From Terriglobia bacterium (GTDB taxonomy: Bacteria; Acidobacteriota; Terriglobia; 2-12-FULL-54-10), in contig CAXVYR010000004.1 in the NCBI GenBank assembly GCA_963666975.2, positions 384,001 to 448,000 of the forward strand: a DNA stretch of 64,000 bases. The letters run 5' to 3'. This document shows, in pieces, positions 56,632 through 64,000 of the stretch. Under the pieces are notes generated by a model. That model worked only from the letters and a program-made list of their open reading frames with translations. It searched no databases and was not told where the DNA came from. Position 1 is the first letter of the stretch; each line of letters begins with the position of its first letter. The position numbers and the translations under genes are program-made.

Positions 56632-58080
56632 GAGGGTGTCCCATACATAGTTGAAGGTTGAACGGCGGTTCGGCCCGAATCGAATAGAATCGGGCCAAGC
56701 CTAAATCCTATAGAAGGAGAACCGCCGAATGAAGGGAAAATATCACGTTTTGGAACTGGGTTCCAAGGGAGCCGAAGAAACCATCCAGAAGTTTTGCCAA
56801 ACCAACGGACAGATGCTGTTGCCGGTGGTGGATCTGATCACGGAGGCGCGTCTGGCGTTGGATGAGGTGATTGATCGGGCCGGGCGAGGTTTGATTGAAA
56901 CGATTCTGAGCATGAGCGCAGAGCAAATCGCGGGGCCAAAGAGTCCCGGGAAGGCGAGCGGAGAGGTGCGCTGGCATGGCCGGCAATTGGGGAGGGTGAA
57001 ACTGGCCGATCGCCAGCTGCGGGTGGAGCGGCCCCGGCTGCGCCGGAAGGGCGGAGGGGAAGAAGCGGTGCCGGCCTACGAAGCACTGCGGAAAAGCGAG
57101 AAGACGGGCGAGGAGATGTTCGAGGCACTGTTGAAAGGGGTTTCGACGCGGAACTACCGCGAGGTGATCCCGGAGATGGCCAACAGCGCTGGGGTGTCGA
57201 AGTCTCAGGTGAGCCGGGAAGCGGCCGAGCAAGGAGCGCGGCGGCTGGAAGAACTGTTGGCGCGGCGCTGGGAGGAGGTCGAGATTCTGGTGATTTACCT
57301 GGACGGAATGCGGTTCGGCTCCCACCACGTCATCAGCGCCGTGGGCGTGGACAGCGAGGGCCGCAAGCATGTGCTGGGGATTCAACTGGGCGCGACCGAA
57401 AACGCCGCTGCGGTGAAAGACCTTCTCACCCGCCTGCGCCAGCAAGGTTTGCGCACGGATCAGCGCTATCTGTTTGTGATCGACGGCGCCAAAGCGCTCC
57501 GCGCGGGGATCGAGGAAGTATTCGGCAGCAATCAGCTGGTGCAGCGTTGCCGTACTCATAAGCTGCGCAACGTGGCTGAGCGGTTACCAAAGGGCGACAA
57601 AATGCTGGCGAATCAGGTGCGGTCGCTGATGCGCGCCGCCTGGCGATTGCCCCAAGCCGAGGAAGGCATCGTGCGCATAAAGAAGCTCGCTGGGATGATC
57701 GAGTGCGATCATCCGGCAGCAGCCGCCAGCTTGCGCGAAGGGTTGGAGGAGACCTTTACGATCAATCGAGCCGACGTTCCTCCCAGCCTCCACCGCTGCC
57801 TGGCAACCACGAACCTCATCGAGAGCCCGCAGTCGGGCGTGCGGAAAAAGACTGGCAATGTTTGCCGCTGGCGCGACGGCGAGATGACGTTGCGCTGGGT
57901 GGCAGGAGCGTTTCTGCTGACCGAGAAGAATTTCCGGAAGATCATGGGTTATCACGATCTCTGGGCTTTGGCATCGATTCTCGGCCGAAGTCCAAACGCT
58001 GCTTCCTCTCACAAGGAGAAAGTGGCGTAATATGAACTCAACCCGCCGTCCCAATCTGCAACTGAGTTTGGGACACCTTC
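56632..58080 (+). mobile_element. Complete IS256-family insertion sequence (1449 bp)
   Basis: IRL GAGGGTGTCCCATACATAGTTG and IRR (rc) GAAGGTGTCCCAAACTCAGTTG match at 18/22; 8-bp TSD CAGTAGCA at 56624-56631 and 58081-58088. Confidence 0.95.
56729..58030 (+). CDS. IS256-family (mutator) transposase
   Basis: GVSTR, SKSQVSR, YLDG, VIDGAKAL, QRCRTHK, TTNLIES. Confidence 0.95.
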   Translation: MKGKYHVLELGSKGAEETIQKFCQTNGQMLLPVVDLITEARLALDEVIDRAGRGLIETILSMSAEQIAGPKSPGKASGEVRWHGRQLGRVKLADRQLRVERPRLRRKGGGEEAVPAYEALRKSEKTGEEMFEALLKGVSTRNYREVIPEMANSAGVSKSQVSREAAEQGARRLEELLARRWEEVEILVIYLDGMRFGSHHVISAVGVDSEGRKHVLGIQLGATENAAAVKDLLTRLRQQGLRTDQRYLFVIDGAKALRAGIEEVFGSNQLVQRCRTHKLRNVAERLPKGDKMLANQVRSLMRAAWRLPQAEEGIVRIKKLAGMIECDHPAAAASLREGLEETFTINRADVPPSLHRCLATTNLIESPQSGVRKKTGNVCRWRDGEMTLRWVAGAFLLTEKNFRKIMGYHDLWALASILGRSPNAASSHKEKVA

Positions 58081-58277
58081 CAGTAGCATTTTGAACTGTC
58101 ATTGCGTCATCCCACTGGTAAAAGCACTACCCCACTATCGAGGCTGACCTGCCAGAACACCACCCGCAGGACTAGAGCTTATCGACCCGAAATCCCGCTT
58201 CGCGGAACCACACCCCCGGCATCCAGACCCGCCGGGAGATTTACCCCAACCTCAAAACTGAAAGGAACACGACAGCT

Positions 58278-58886
58278 ATGTCTTATGAATCAAATCATGA
58301 TTGGAATATTGGAAATGCCTTCGACCTCACCGAAGAGGCTCGTTACGAACTAGAGGAACTGGCACTGCCGAAGTTGCGAAAGCTGGCCCGGGGGCTGCCA
58401 GAACCCGAACAGAGAGAACTATTGAATGTGTGTGGCGAACACATCGGTTACTCGATGGCCTTGGTTCGATCCGCGAGTGGCTGGCTCGGCCAAGTTGTTC
58501 CACCCAGCGAGTGTGTTCAAGAGGGGCATCGTAGGCGCTACAAGCCCCTGATCGAAACCCCGAAGACCCTGCCCGCTGAGATCAGCAAGCAGGTATTTCA
58601 CTACGAGCAAGCTCTCCTGACCGCTGTCCAGCCAACCACACGCCGCCGCCACGGGAACCTGCTCTGGAAGTTCTTTGACCGCTTCAGGGCCCATAAGCGG
58701 GTGGAGGAGTTCCGTCCCGCCGACATTGAGAGCTATCGAGAGCAACGTCGGGGCGAGGGTGCCAAGCCAGCGACCATTGAGGCGGAGATCTCCATTGTGC
58801 GGGCCTTCTTCGCCTGGGCGATGGAGCGGAACAACAGGATCACATGTAACCCTGCGCAGCGGCTAAAGCCTCAGGCTGTAAGGTAA
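58278..58886 (+). CDS. Integrase N-terminal SAM-like (core-binding) domain protein without a catalytic domain
   Basis: DIESYRE...KPATIEAEISIVRAFFAWA...NPA followed by a stop; no R-HxxR-Y residues. Confidence 0.7.
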   Translation: MSYESNHDWNIGNAFDLTEEARYELEELALPKLRKLARGLPEPEQRELLNVCGEHIGYSMALVRSASGWLGQVVPPSECVQEGHRRRYKPLIETPKTLPAEISKQVFHYEQALLTAVQPTTRRRHGNLLWKFFDRFRAHKRVEEFRPADIESYREQRRGEGAKPATIEAEISIVRAFFAWAMERNNRITCNPAQRLKPQAVR

Positions 58887-59042
58887 ACTTCCTCAATCAT
58901 CCGGCACAAATTATCGGCCCGGTAACAAGATTTAACATATTGATAAATAAGTGGGTTATGAATTACCATTAAATTTGGTGGTGGCATCCCTGAACATTAC
59001 GCCTTCATCTGTGAATGTGACAGGAAAAGTGATTTTTTAGTC

Positions 59043-59081
59043 TTGACTATGTCAGAAAAAATATGTAATATTACTGACATA
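59043..59081 (+). promoter_or_regulatory. Sigma-70 promoter overlapped by an inverted-repeat operator of the AbiE operon
   Basis: TTGACT-N17-TAATAT; TATGTCAG-N18-CTGACATA (59048-59081). Confidence 0.75.
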
Positions 59082-59091
59082 AGGAGGAGTT

Positions 59092-59691
59092 ATGGAGCGA
59101 ACAGTCACAAGAGCCATTCGCAACCGAATACGAGCGAAGCAACGGGGCTGGGTGTTCACGCCCAAAGAATTTGCGGCTATCGGTCCTCGGACGGCAATCG
59201 ATCAAGCACTTTGCCGTCTACAGCAGAAGGGCATGGTCCGCAGACTCGCTCGGGGAATCTATGAGTATCCAAGATTTCACCCGCGAATCGGTATTCTTTC
59301 CCCATCAACGGAAGCAGTAGCTAAAGCCGTTGCAGCGAAAACAAGCAGTCGGCTTCTAGTTTCCCAAGCAAGAGCTGCGAATCTTCTAGGTCTGTCAACA
59401 CAGGTTCCTGCTCAAAATGTATTTCTCACTGAAGGTCCTTCCCGCATTCTGCAGATTGGGAATCAGACCATCGTTCTCAAGCACGCTGCTCAATCGAAAA
59501 TGATCTGGGCGAAGTCTGAAGCTGGGACTGTTATTCAAGCAGTGAGAGCTCTTGGTCCAAACGGCGTGAACGAAATACCGGTTACGTCAATTTCACAGAA
59601 GCTGCCTCCGGCAGTGAAATCTACCATCAAGCGCCTGCTGTCGGCGGCACCCGTCTGGGCACAGCCAGTTCTCAGCCGAATTGCTGCCTAA
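59092..59691 (+). CDS. Type IV TA antitoxin, AbiEi-like (DUF6088)
   Basis: VFTPKEF, IDQALCRL...RRLARGIY, AANLLGLSTQVP, LTEGPSR. Confidence 0.88.
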   Translation: MERTVTRAIRNRIRAKQRGWVFTPKEFAAIGPRTAIDQALCRLQQKGMVRRLARGIYEYPRFHPRIGILSPSTEAVAKAVAAKTSSRLLVSQARAANLLGLSTQVPAQNVFLTEGPSRILQIGNQTIVLKHAAQSKMIWAKSEAGTVIQAVRALGPNGVNEIPVTSISQKLPPAVKSTIKRLLSAAPVWAQPVLSRIAA

Positions 59692-59696
59692 CTTGA

Positions 59697-60722
59697 ATGG
59701 ATAATTTTGCAAAACTCGCGGCGGCTGAACGGCAACCCTACGTCGAAGAAACCGCCAGCCGCCGAAATTCCACAAACCCCGCCATCGAAAAAGATTTCTG
59801 GGTCTGCTGGACGCTACAACACCTCTTTTCTCTCCAAGGCGTCCCTAAAATGACCTTCAAAGGTGGGACCTCTCTCTCAAAAGTTTTCGGGCTAATCCAT
59901 CGATTCTCAGAAGACATTGATATCTCCCTGGATCGAGCAGCATTTGGATTCACCGGCGAACGTGATTTAGCGAACAAGGACCTCTCGAATACGAGACGGA
60001 GGGAACTCGGCGAGGAACTCAGGGCCGCTATCCAAAATGCAGTGGTGAACGAAATACTTCCAAAGCTGAAAGCGAGCTTTGAATCCGTCATTGGCAAATC
60101 AAAGTGGGACCTTAAAGCATCGGACGAAAAGAAAGAAGAAATGACGCTCCTATTCTCTTATCCAAAGGCATTCGAGTACGAAGACTATCTCAGACCTCAG
60201 ATCAAGATCGAATTCGGTAGAGGCGATCAGTGGCCCAGCAGTCAATTTGCTATCTCTCCATATATCGCCGAAGAATTCGCTGACATATTCACCCCTCCAC
60301 GCACTGCAATTTCGGTCCTGAAGTGTGAACGAACATTTTGGGAGAAGGCGACGCTGCTCCATGCGGAAAATCATCGCCCCGATCCGACAACCCTAAAGCC
60401 GAGGATGTCACGTCACTGGTCAGACATCGCCGTCATCAGCACCGATCAGAAATTCACGGATGCACGGCTAGATTTCCAGTTGCTTGAAAAAGTAGTCGAA
60501 TTCAAGAAGGTCTATTTCGCTTCAAATTGGGCGAATTACGATTCGGCATGTCCTGGAACCTTGCGCATCGTGCCAAACACAGCCCTTGCCAAACAGCTGA
60601 GCGATGACTACAAGAGGATGGAGGAAATGTTCTTTGGGCAACCTCTCTCTTATGATGCAATGATTGAGCGGCTGCAAGTTCTCGAAAAAAGAATCAATGC
60701 CCTCCGAGCCGATTCGCCATGA
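59697..60722 (+). CDS. Type IV TA toxin, AbiEii nucleotidyltransferase
   Basis: IEKDFWV, FKGGTSLSK, RFSEDID, ERTFWEK, SRHWSD. Confidence 0.92.
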   Translation: MDNFAKLAAAERQPYVEETASRRNSTNPAIEKDFWVCWTLQHLFSLQGVPKMTFKGGTSLSKVFGLIHRFSEDIDISLDRAAFGFTGERDLANKDLSNTRRRELGEELRAAIQNAVVNEILPKLKASFESVIGKSKWDLKASDEKKEEMTLLFSYPKAFEYEDYLRPQIKIEFGRGDQWPSSQFAISPYIAEEFADIFTPPRTAISVLKCERTFWEKATLLHAENHRPDPTTLKPRMSRHWSDIAVISTDQKFTDARLDFQLLEKVVEFKKVYFASNWANYDSACPGTLRIVPNTALAKQLSDDYKRMEEMFFGQPLSYDAMIERLQVLEKRINALRADSP

Positions 60723-60844
60723 ACGCCCCGCCAAGCCCCCTGCCGGTATCGCGGCCTGACCCTTCGGATTCACAGCCCGGTTAAAACCCGTTTCCCTTGT
60801 CGCTTCGCCTGGTTTCTGGGAGAGGCTGATTCCTTAGCATCTTC

Positions 60845-61786
60845 CTAGCGGAAAATATGGGTCGCATGATGCAGCAGGTTATCCCTCGAAGGCATCGACT
60901 TTGTATCGGAGGGAACCGTCACCTGTCTGCCGTGGAGAGGATAATACTCACGGCCATTATCAAACTCCTCTCTGAGCCTCTTGCTTACCATGATTCTCCG
61001 GTCGTCGGGATCAATAGCGACATACCCGAGATCGAATAGCCTGTGCAGATCGCTCCGAAGCAGAATACCGTTAGAAACTGCATGAGGCCCGCCTGAAGCG
61101 TAAGGAAGGATGTGTGCGGCCTCAAGGACAGGTAGCGTCCTTTCCTGTGTCATTGCACAGCGTCGAGCATACGCATCTGTGACCAATACGCGAAAGGCCC
61201 CTTGCCCTAAACGTGGGGAAACTAATACCGGACTGCTGTACCTCGTTTCTTCTGATGCTGCCAGCACCGCCGGACCCGGATCAGAGAGTAATGCGCGAAG
61301 TCTTGCGAGTCTCTCTGCCACGAGTTTCCACAAGTCAAGACCTCCCTGGGTATCAGTATCGTAGCCCTTCCCGACAACCGTGGGCCGTTTGAAATCGGGG
61401 GGAGCAGGAATCCATTCGGTCTCAGGGAAAAAGAACGGCTCTGCAAGGATTACGCACCCTATGTGAGGGTCTTCAAATGGCGCGATGGTCGTCTTGCGGT
61501 ACTTTCCGATCCGCGTCCTAACTTCTTGGATTGTCTGTGCGCCGTTTCCTTCGCCGAACGCCTCCCATGCGAGGCTGATGGGCAGTTGAAGAAACTTCGT
61601 AAAGAAACCGCCCCCTACGATGTAGTTGCGAGGGGCATGAAGTTTGAATAGGAACGGCTCACCCGTTTTGAGGGCTTTGAAAGAAACGTCTGGTGAGGGT
61701 CGCCAAAAATTTACCTCCTCAACGCGGGGCTTTGAGGCGTGGAGCGAATACCAGTCGTAATCCGTTACGCCGACAAAGAATTTCAT
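60845..61786 (-). CDS. HNH endonuclease, putative (modification-dependent) restriction enzyme
   Basis: N-terminal VGVTDYDW...EVNFWRP domain; RLGQGAFR..V..AY..RCA, LEAAHI, NGILLRSDLHRLFD. Confidence 0.85.
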   Translation of the reverse strand: MKFFVGVTDYDWYSLHASKPRVEEVNFWRPSPDVSFKALKTGEPFLFKLHAPRNYIVGGGFFTKFLQLPISLAWEAFGEGNGAQTIQEVRTRIGKYRKTTIAPFEDPHIGCVILAEPFFFPETEWIPAPPDFKRPTVVGKGYDTDTQGGLDLWKLVAERLARLRALLSDPGPAVLAASEETRYSSPVLVSPRLGQGAFRVLVTDAYARRCAMTQERTLPVLEAAHILPYASGGPHAVSNGILLRSDLHRLFDLGYVAIDPDDRRIMVSKRLREEFDNGREYYPLHGRQVTVPSDTKSMPSRDNLLHHATHIFR

Positions 61787-61847
61787 ATAGGCGAGTGCCG
61801 ATCAAATCAACCAGATTCTAACATTACCAATGTCTTTGAGGAGCGAA

Positions 61848-63032
61848 ATGCAAACACTTAATACTTTGCCGAAAATTAGCCCCTGGGACGCGCTACAGGC
61901 CGTCCTGCTCGCCCATTACCATGAGCCCGACCTGGAGGCTGCCCGCACCCTCTTTGCAGCAGTCGCAGCACACCGCCTACCAGGCCAACCCGTGTGGCTC
62001 ATGCTCGTGGCCCCACCCGGCAGCATGAAGACCGAGCTACTGGAATCTTTGGGCGGCCTGCCCACCGTCCACCTCATTGATCGCCTGACGCCCAACACCT
62101 TCCTCAGCGGCCAAGTGGCGAGGTCTCGCGCACCGGCCAGCCTCCTCCATAGGATCGGACCGGACGGCATCCTGGTCTGCCCGGACTTCTCCACTGTGCT
62201 CTCGATGCACCGGGATCACAGAAGTGCTGTACTGGCAGATATGCGTAGGATCTACGATGGACACCTGCGGCGGGAACTTGGGACCTGGAAGGACCTGGAA
62301 CAGCGGGAATGGCGGGGGAGACTGACCTTCCTTGTGGGGGCAACGCCAGACGTGGACCGGCACTACAGCATCTTTCAGATGCTAGGGGAGCGGTTTGTGA
62401 TGGTGCGTTGGGCCAGGCCAGGGGGAATGCAGGCGGCACTCCGAGCCATGCGCCAGGATCGCCAGCGGGCACCGCTAGAGTTACGCGAGGCCGTCACAGC
62501 CCTGTTCGACTCCCTGCCTGACTGCCAGCCTGTCCTCCCGGAGGAGATTCAGCACCGAATTGCTGCGTTAGCGGAGTTCACCGTCCTAAGCCGAACCCAC
62601 ATCGCACGGGACGGGCGCAGCAAGGAGATCATCTACGTCCCAGAACCCGAAGCGTCTACCCGCCTCGCTCAACAGCTATGCCAACTCGCGAAGGGCTCGG
62701 CGTTGCTGGCGGGCCGCGACCTTGTGGACGAAGAGGACTTCCTTCTGGTCCGGCGCGTCGCGTTCGATTCGATTCCTGCGACGAGGCGGAGGATTCTGGA
62801 CGCCCTGACCTCCGGCAAGCAACCTTCAGAGACGGGGCTGCCGTTTTCGACGCGCAACTATGCGGTGCTGGACCTCAGAAGCCTGAAGCTGGTGGTGCAC
62901 GCCTTGGACCCCGTAGAGGGGATGGGAGTCCAATTTCTATCGCGCCAAGCGAAGCGGCTCCTTGTGGAGGCTGGTATTCGTGTCAAAAGGGGACGGTACG
63001 GGAAGAGGGGTTTGGTATTTCATCGAGACTAA
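61848..63032 (+). CDS. Second P-loop ATPase (MCM/AAA+-like) of mobile-element type
   Basis: WLMLVAPPGSMKTE Walker A, DFSTVL, DMRRIYDG, GERF. Confidence 0.7.
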   Translation: MQTLNTLPKISPWDALQAVLLAHYHEPDLEAARTLFAAVAAHRLPGQPVWLMLVAPPGSMKTELLESLGGLPTVHLIDRLTPNTFLSGQVARSRAPASLLHRIGPDGILVCPDFSTVLSMHRDHRSAVLADMRRIYDGHLRRELGTWKDLEQREWRGRLTFLVGATPDVDRHYSIFQMLGERFVMVRWARPGGMQAALRAMRQDRQRAPLELREAVTALFDSLPDCQPVLPEEIQHRIAALAEFTVLSRTHIARDGRSKEIIYVPEPEASTRLAQQLCQLAKGSALLAGRDLVDEEDFLLVRRVAFDSIPATRRRILDALTSGKQPSETGLPFSTRNYAVLDLRSLKLVVHALDPVEGMGVQFLSRQAKRLLVEAGIRVKRGRYGKRGLVFHRD

Positions 63033-63313
63033 GCCATGCAGTCCTCCCGGCTGTCGGGGCAATCTCAGGTGGCCCAACTCAATCGGATGTAGAAGGTAGC
63101 GGACCGTGGCAGGTGGGCGTCGCCCCTTCCCTTAGCTGTCCCATCGGCGTGTTTGGTTGTGCGATTTCAGCAAAAAACAGCAGGGGGGAAGGGCTGTCAG
63201 GGCTCGGAGAGGACGACGCCTGCCTCCGCTCTTGATTGCGCCGCGTGTGTTATACGGTGTTGCAGTGTAGCAAAGACGGTGCCATACTACTTTTCAAGGT
63301 GAGGAGAAGCGCC

Positions 63314-64000
63314 ATGAGATTAAGATTTCTGCTTGTGTCTGTAGTGGTGCTGTTCTGTATCCCCGTGCAGTCGGCGTCGCAGTCTGCCTCCAAGCCACGG
63401 GTCTTTGTTACCGACAGCTATTCCTGGCAGAGGGGGGGCGCAAGACCTCAAACCGCCGAAATAGTGAAGACCTTCAGCGAGCGGTGCCCTGATGTTGTGG
63501 TTACCATTAACAAAGAAAACGCCGATTTCGTGATCTTATTGGAACATGAAGGCGGCAAGGGATACGCCGCTATAGACAATAAGGTAGCTGTGTATAGGAA
63601 TGATGGCGATATGATCTACGCTGGCTCCACTGTAGTGCTCGGCAACGCAGTAAAAGATGCCTGTCAAGCCATTAGGATTGCAAGGCGCTCCGTCTCCCAT
63701 GGAGCAGAAAGGCCGAGTTCCGTATCACCGGAAGCGATAAGCAGTAATCAACAATCTGAAAAGATGGAAAGTGTGGGTGCAATCGCAGCGCCTGCCCAGT
63801 CCGCCCTTGTGTATGTATTTCGGCAGAGAGGCGAAGGTAATAGTAGCAAGGAGCCGCCCGTCTTCATCAACAGACGCGAAATTGCCCGCATGGACAACGG
63901 AAGATATATCGAGCTATCATTACCGCCTGGCCGCTATACGTTCGCATCAAATGACACCAAGAAGCCTTCGGTAACACTCGTCGTAGAGGAGGGAACGGCG
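63314..64000 (+). CDS. Exported protein with a C-terminal DUF2846-like domain; partial, runs off window end
   Basis: Not in the ORF track; GAGGAG RBS; MRLRFLLVSVVVLFCIPVQS signal; ALVYVFRQ...PPVFIN..EIARMDNGRYIELSLPPGRY. Confidence 0.75.
   Translation, partial: MRLRFLLVSVVVLFCIPVQSASQSASKPRVFVTDSYSWQRGGARPQTAEIVKTFSERCPDVVVTINKENADFVILLEHEGGKGYAAIDNKVAVYRNDGDMIYAGSTVVLGNAVKDACQAIRIARRSVSHGAERPSSVSPEAISSNQQSEKMESVGAIAAPAQSALVYVFRQRGEGNSSKEPPVFINRREIARMDNGRYIELSLPPGRYTFASNDTKKPSVTLVVEEGTA

Larger units (their letters stand above)
50879..64000. mobile_element. Integrative, satellite-like element inserted at the tRNA-Cys 3' end; right boundary outside the window
   Basis: Integrase beside the tRNA, divergent HTH genes, Rep-like ATPase, origin-like repeats, defence cargo; no second copy of the tRNA 3' end seen. 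Confidence 0.85.

Noticed and set aside
58970-58996. TTTGGTGGTGGCATCCC as an attR or reverse tRNA/tmRNA 3' end
   Set aside because: Too short and does not match the tRNA-Cys 3' sequence.

Overview
GC-rich bacterial chromosome segment. Gene content and synteny suggest Acidobacteriota (inference). Positions 1-33 kb are mostly housekeeping and envelope genes: LeuT-like transporter, ALDH, DegP, tatA/tatC, aroB, ubiE/menG, prepilin peptidase, glycosyltransferases, an ECF/anti-sigma locus, an RND pump, hpnI, an ABC-F protein, tRNA-Gln, ispE and purH. Positions 33.5-41.8 kb are a redox-oriented accessory block. It holds an unannotated UGA-readthrough selenoprotein (WUPYC redoxin fused to a DsbD-N-like domain), trxA, a quinone oxidoreductase, a MOSC protein and a MITE. 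Positions 42-49 kb are a hopanoid gene cluster that has been selectively dismantled: hpnC, hpnD, hpnE and ispH are intact, while shc, hpnA and hpnG survive only as a 520-bp mosaic of fragments joined at microhomologies. A matching hpnJ/EamA deletion scar lies at 23.5-23.7 kb. From tRNA-Gly/tRNA-Cys (50.7-50.9 kb) to the window end is a satellite-like integrative element. It carries an integrase, divergent HTH regulators, a P-loop Rep protein, an iteron/IHF origin interrupted by IS256, an AbiE type IV TA pair, an HNH nuclease and a second ATPase. All family assignments come from motif recognition by eye; no searches were run.
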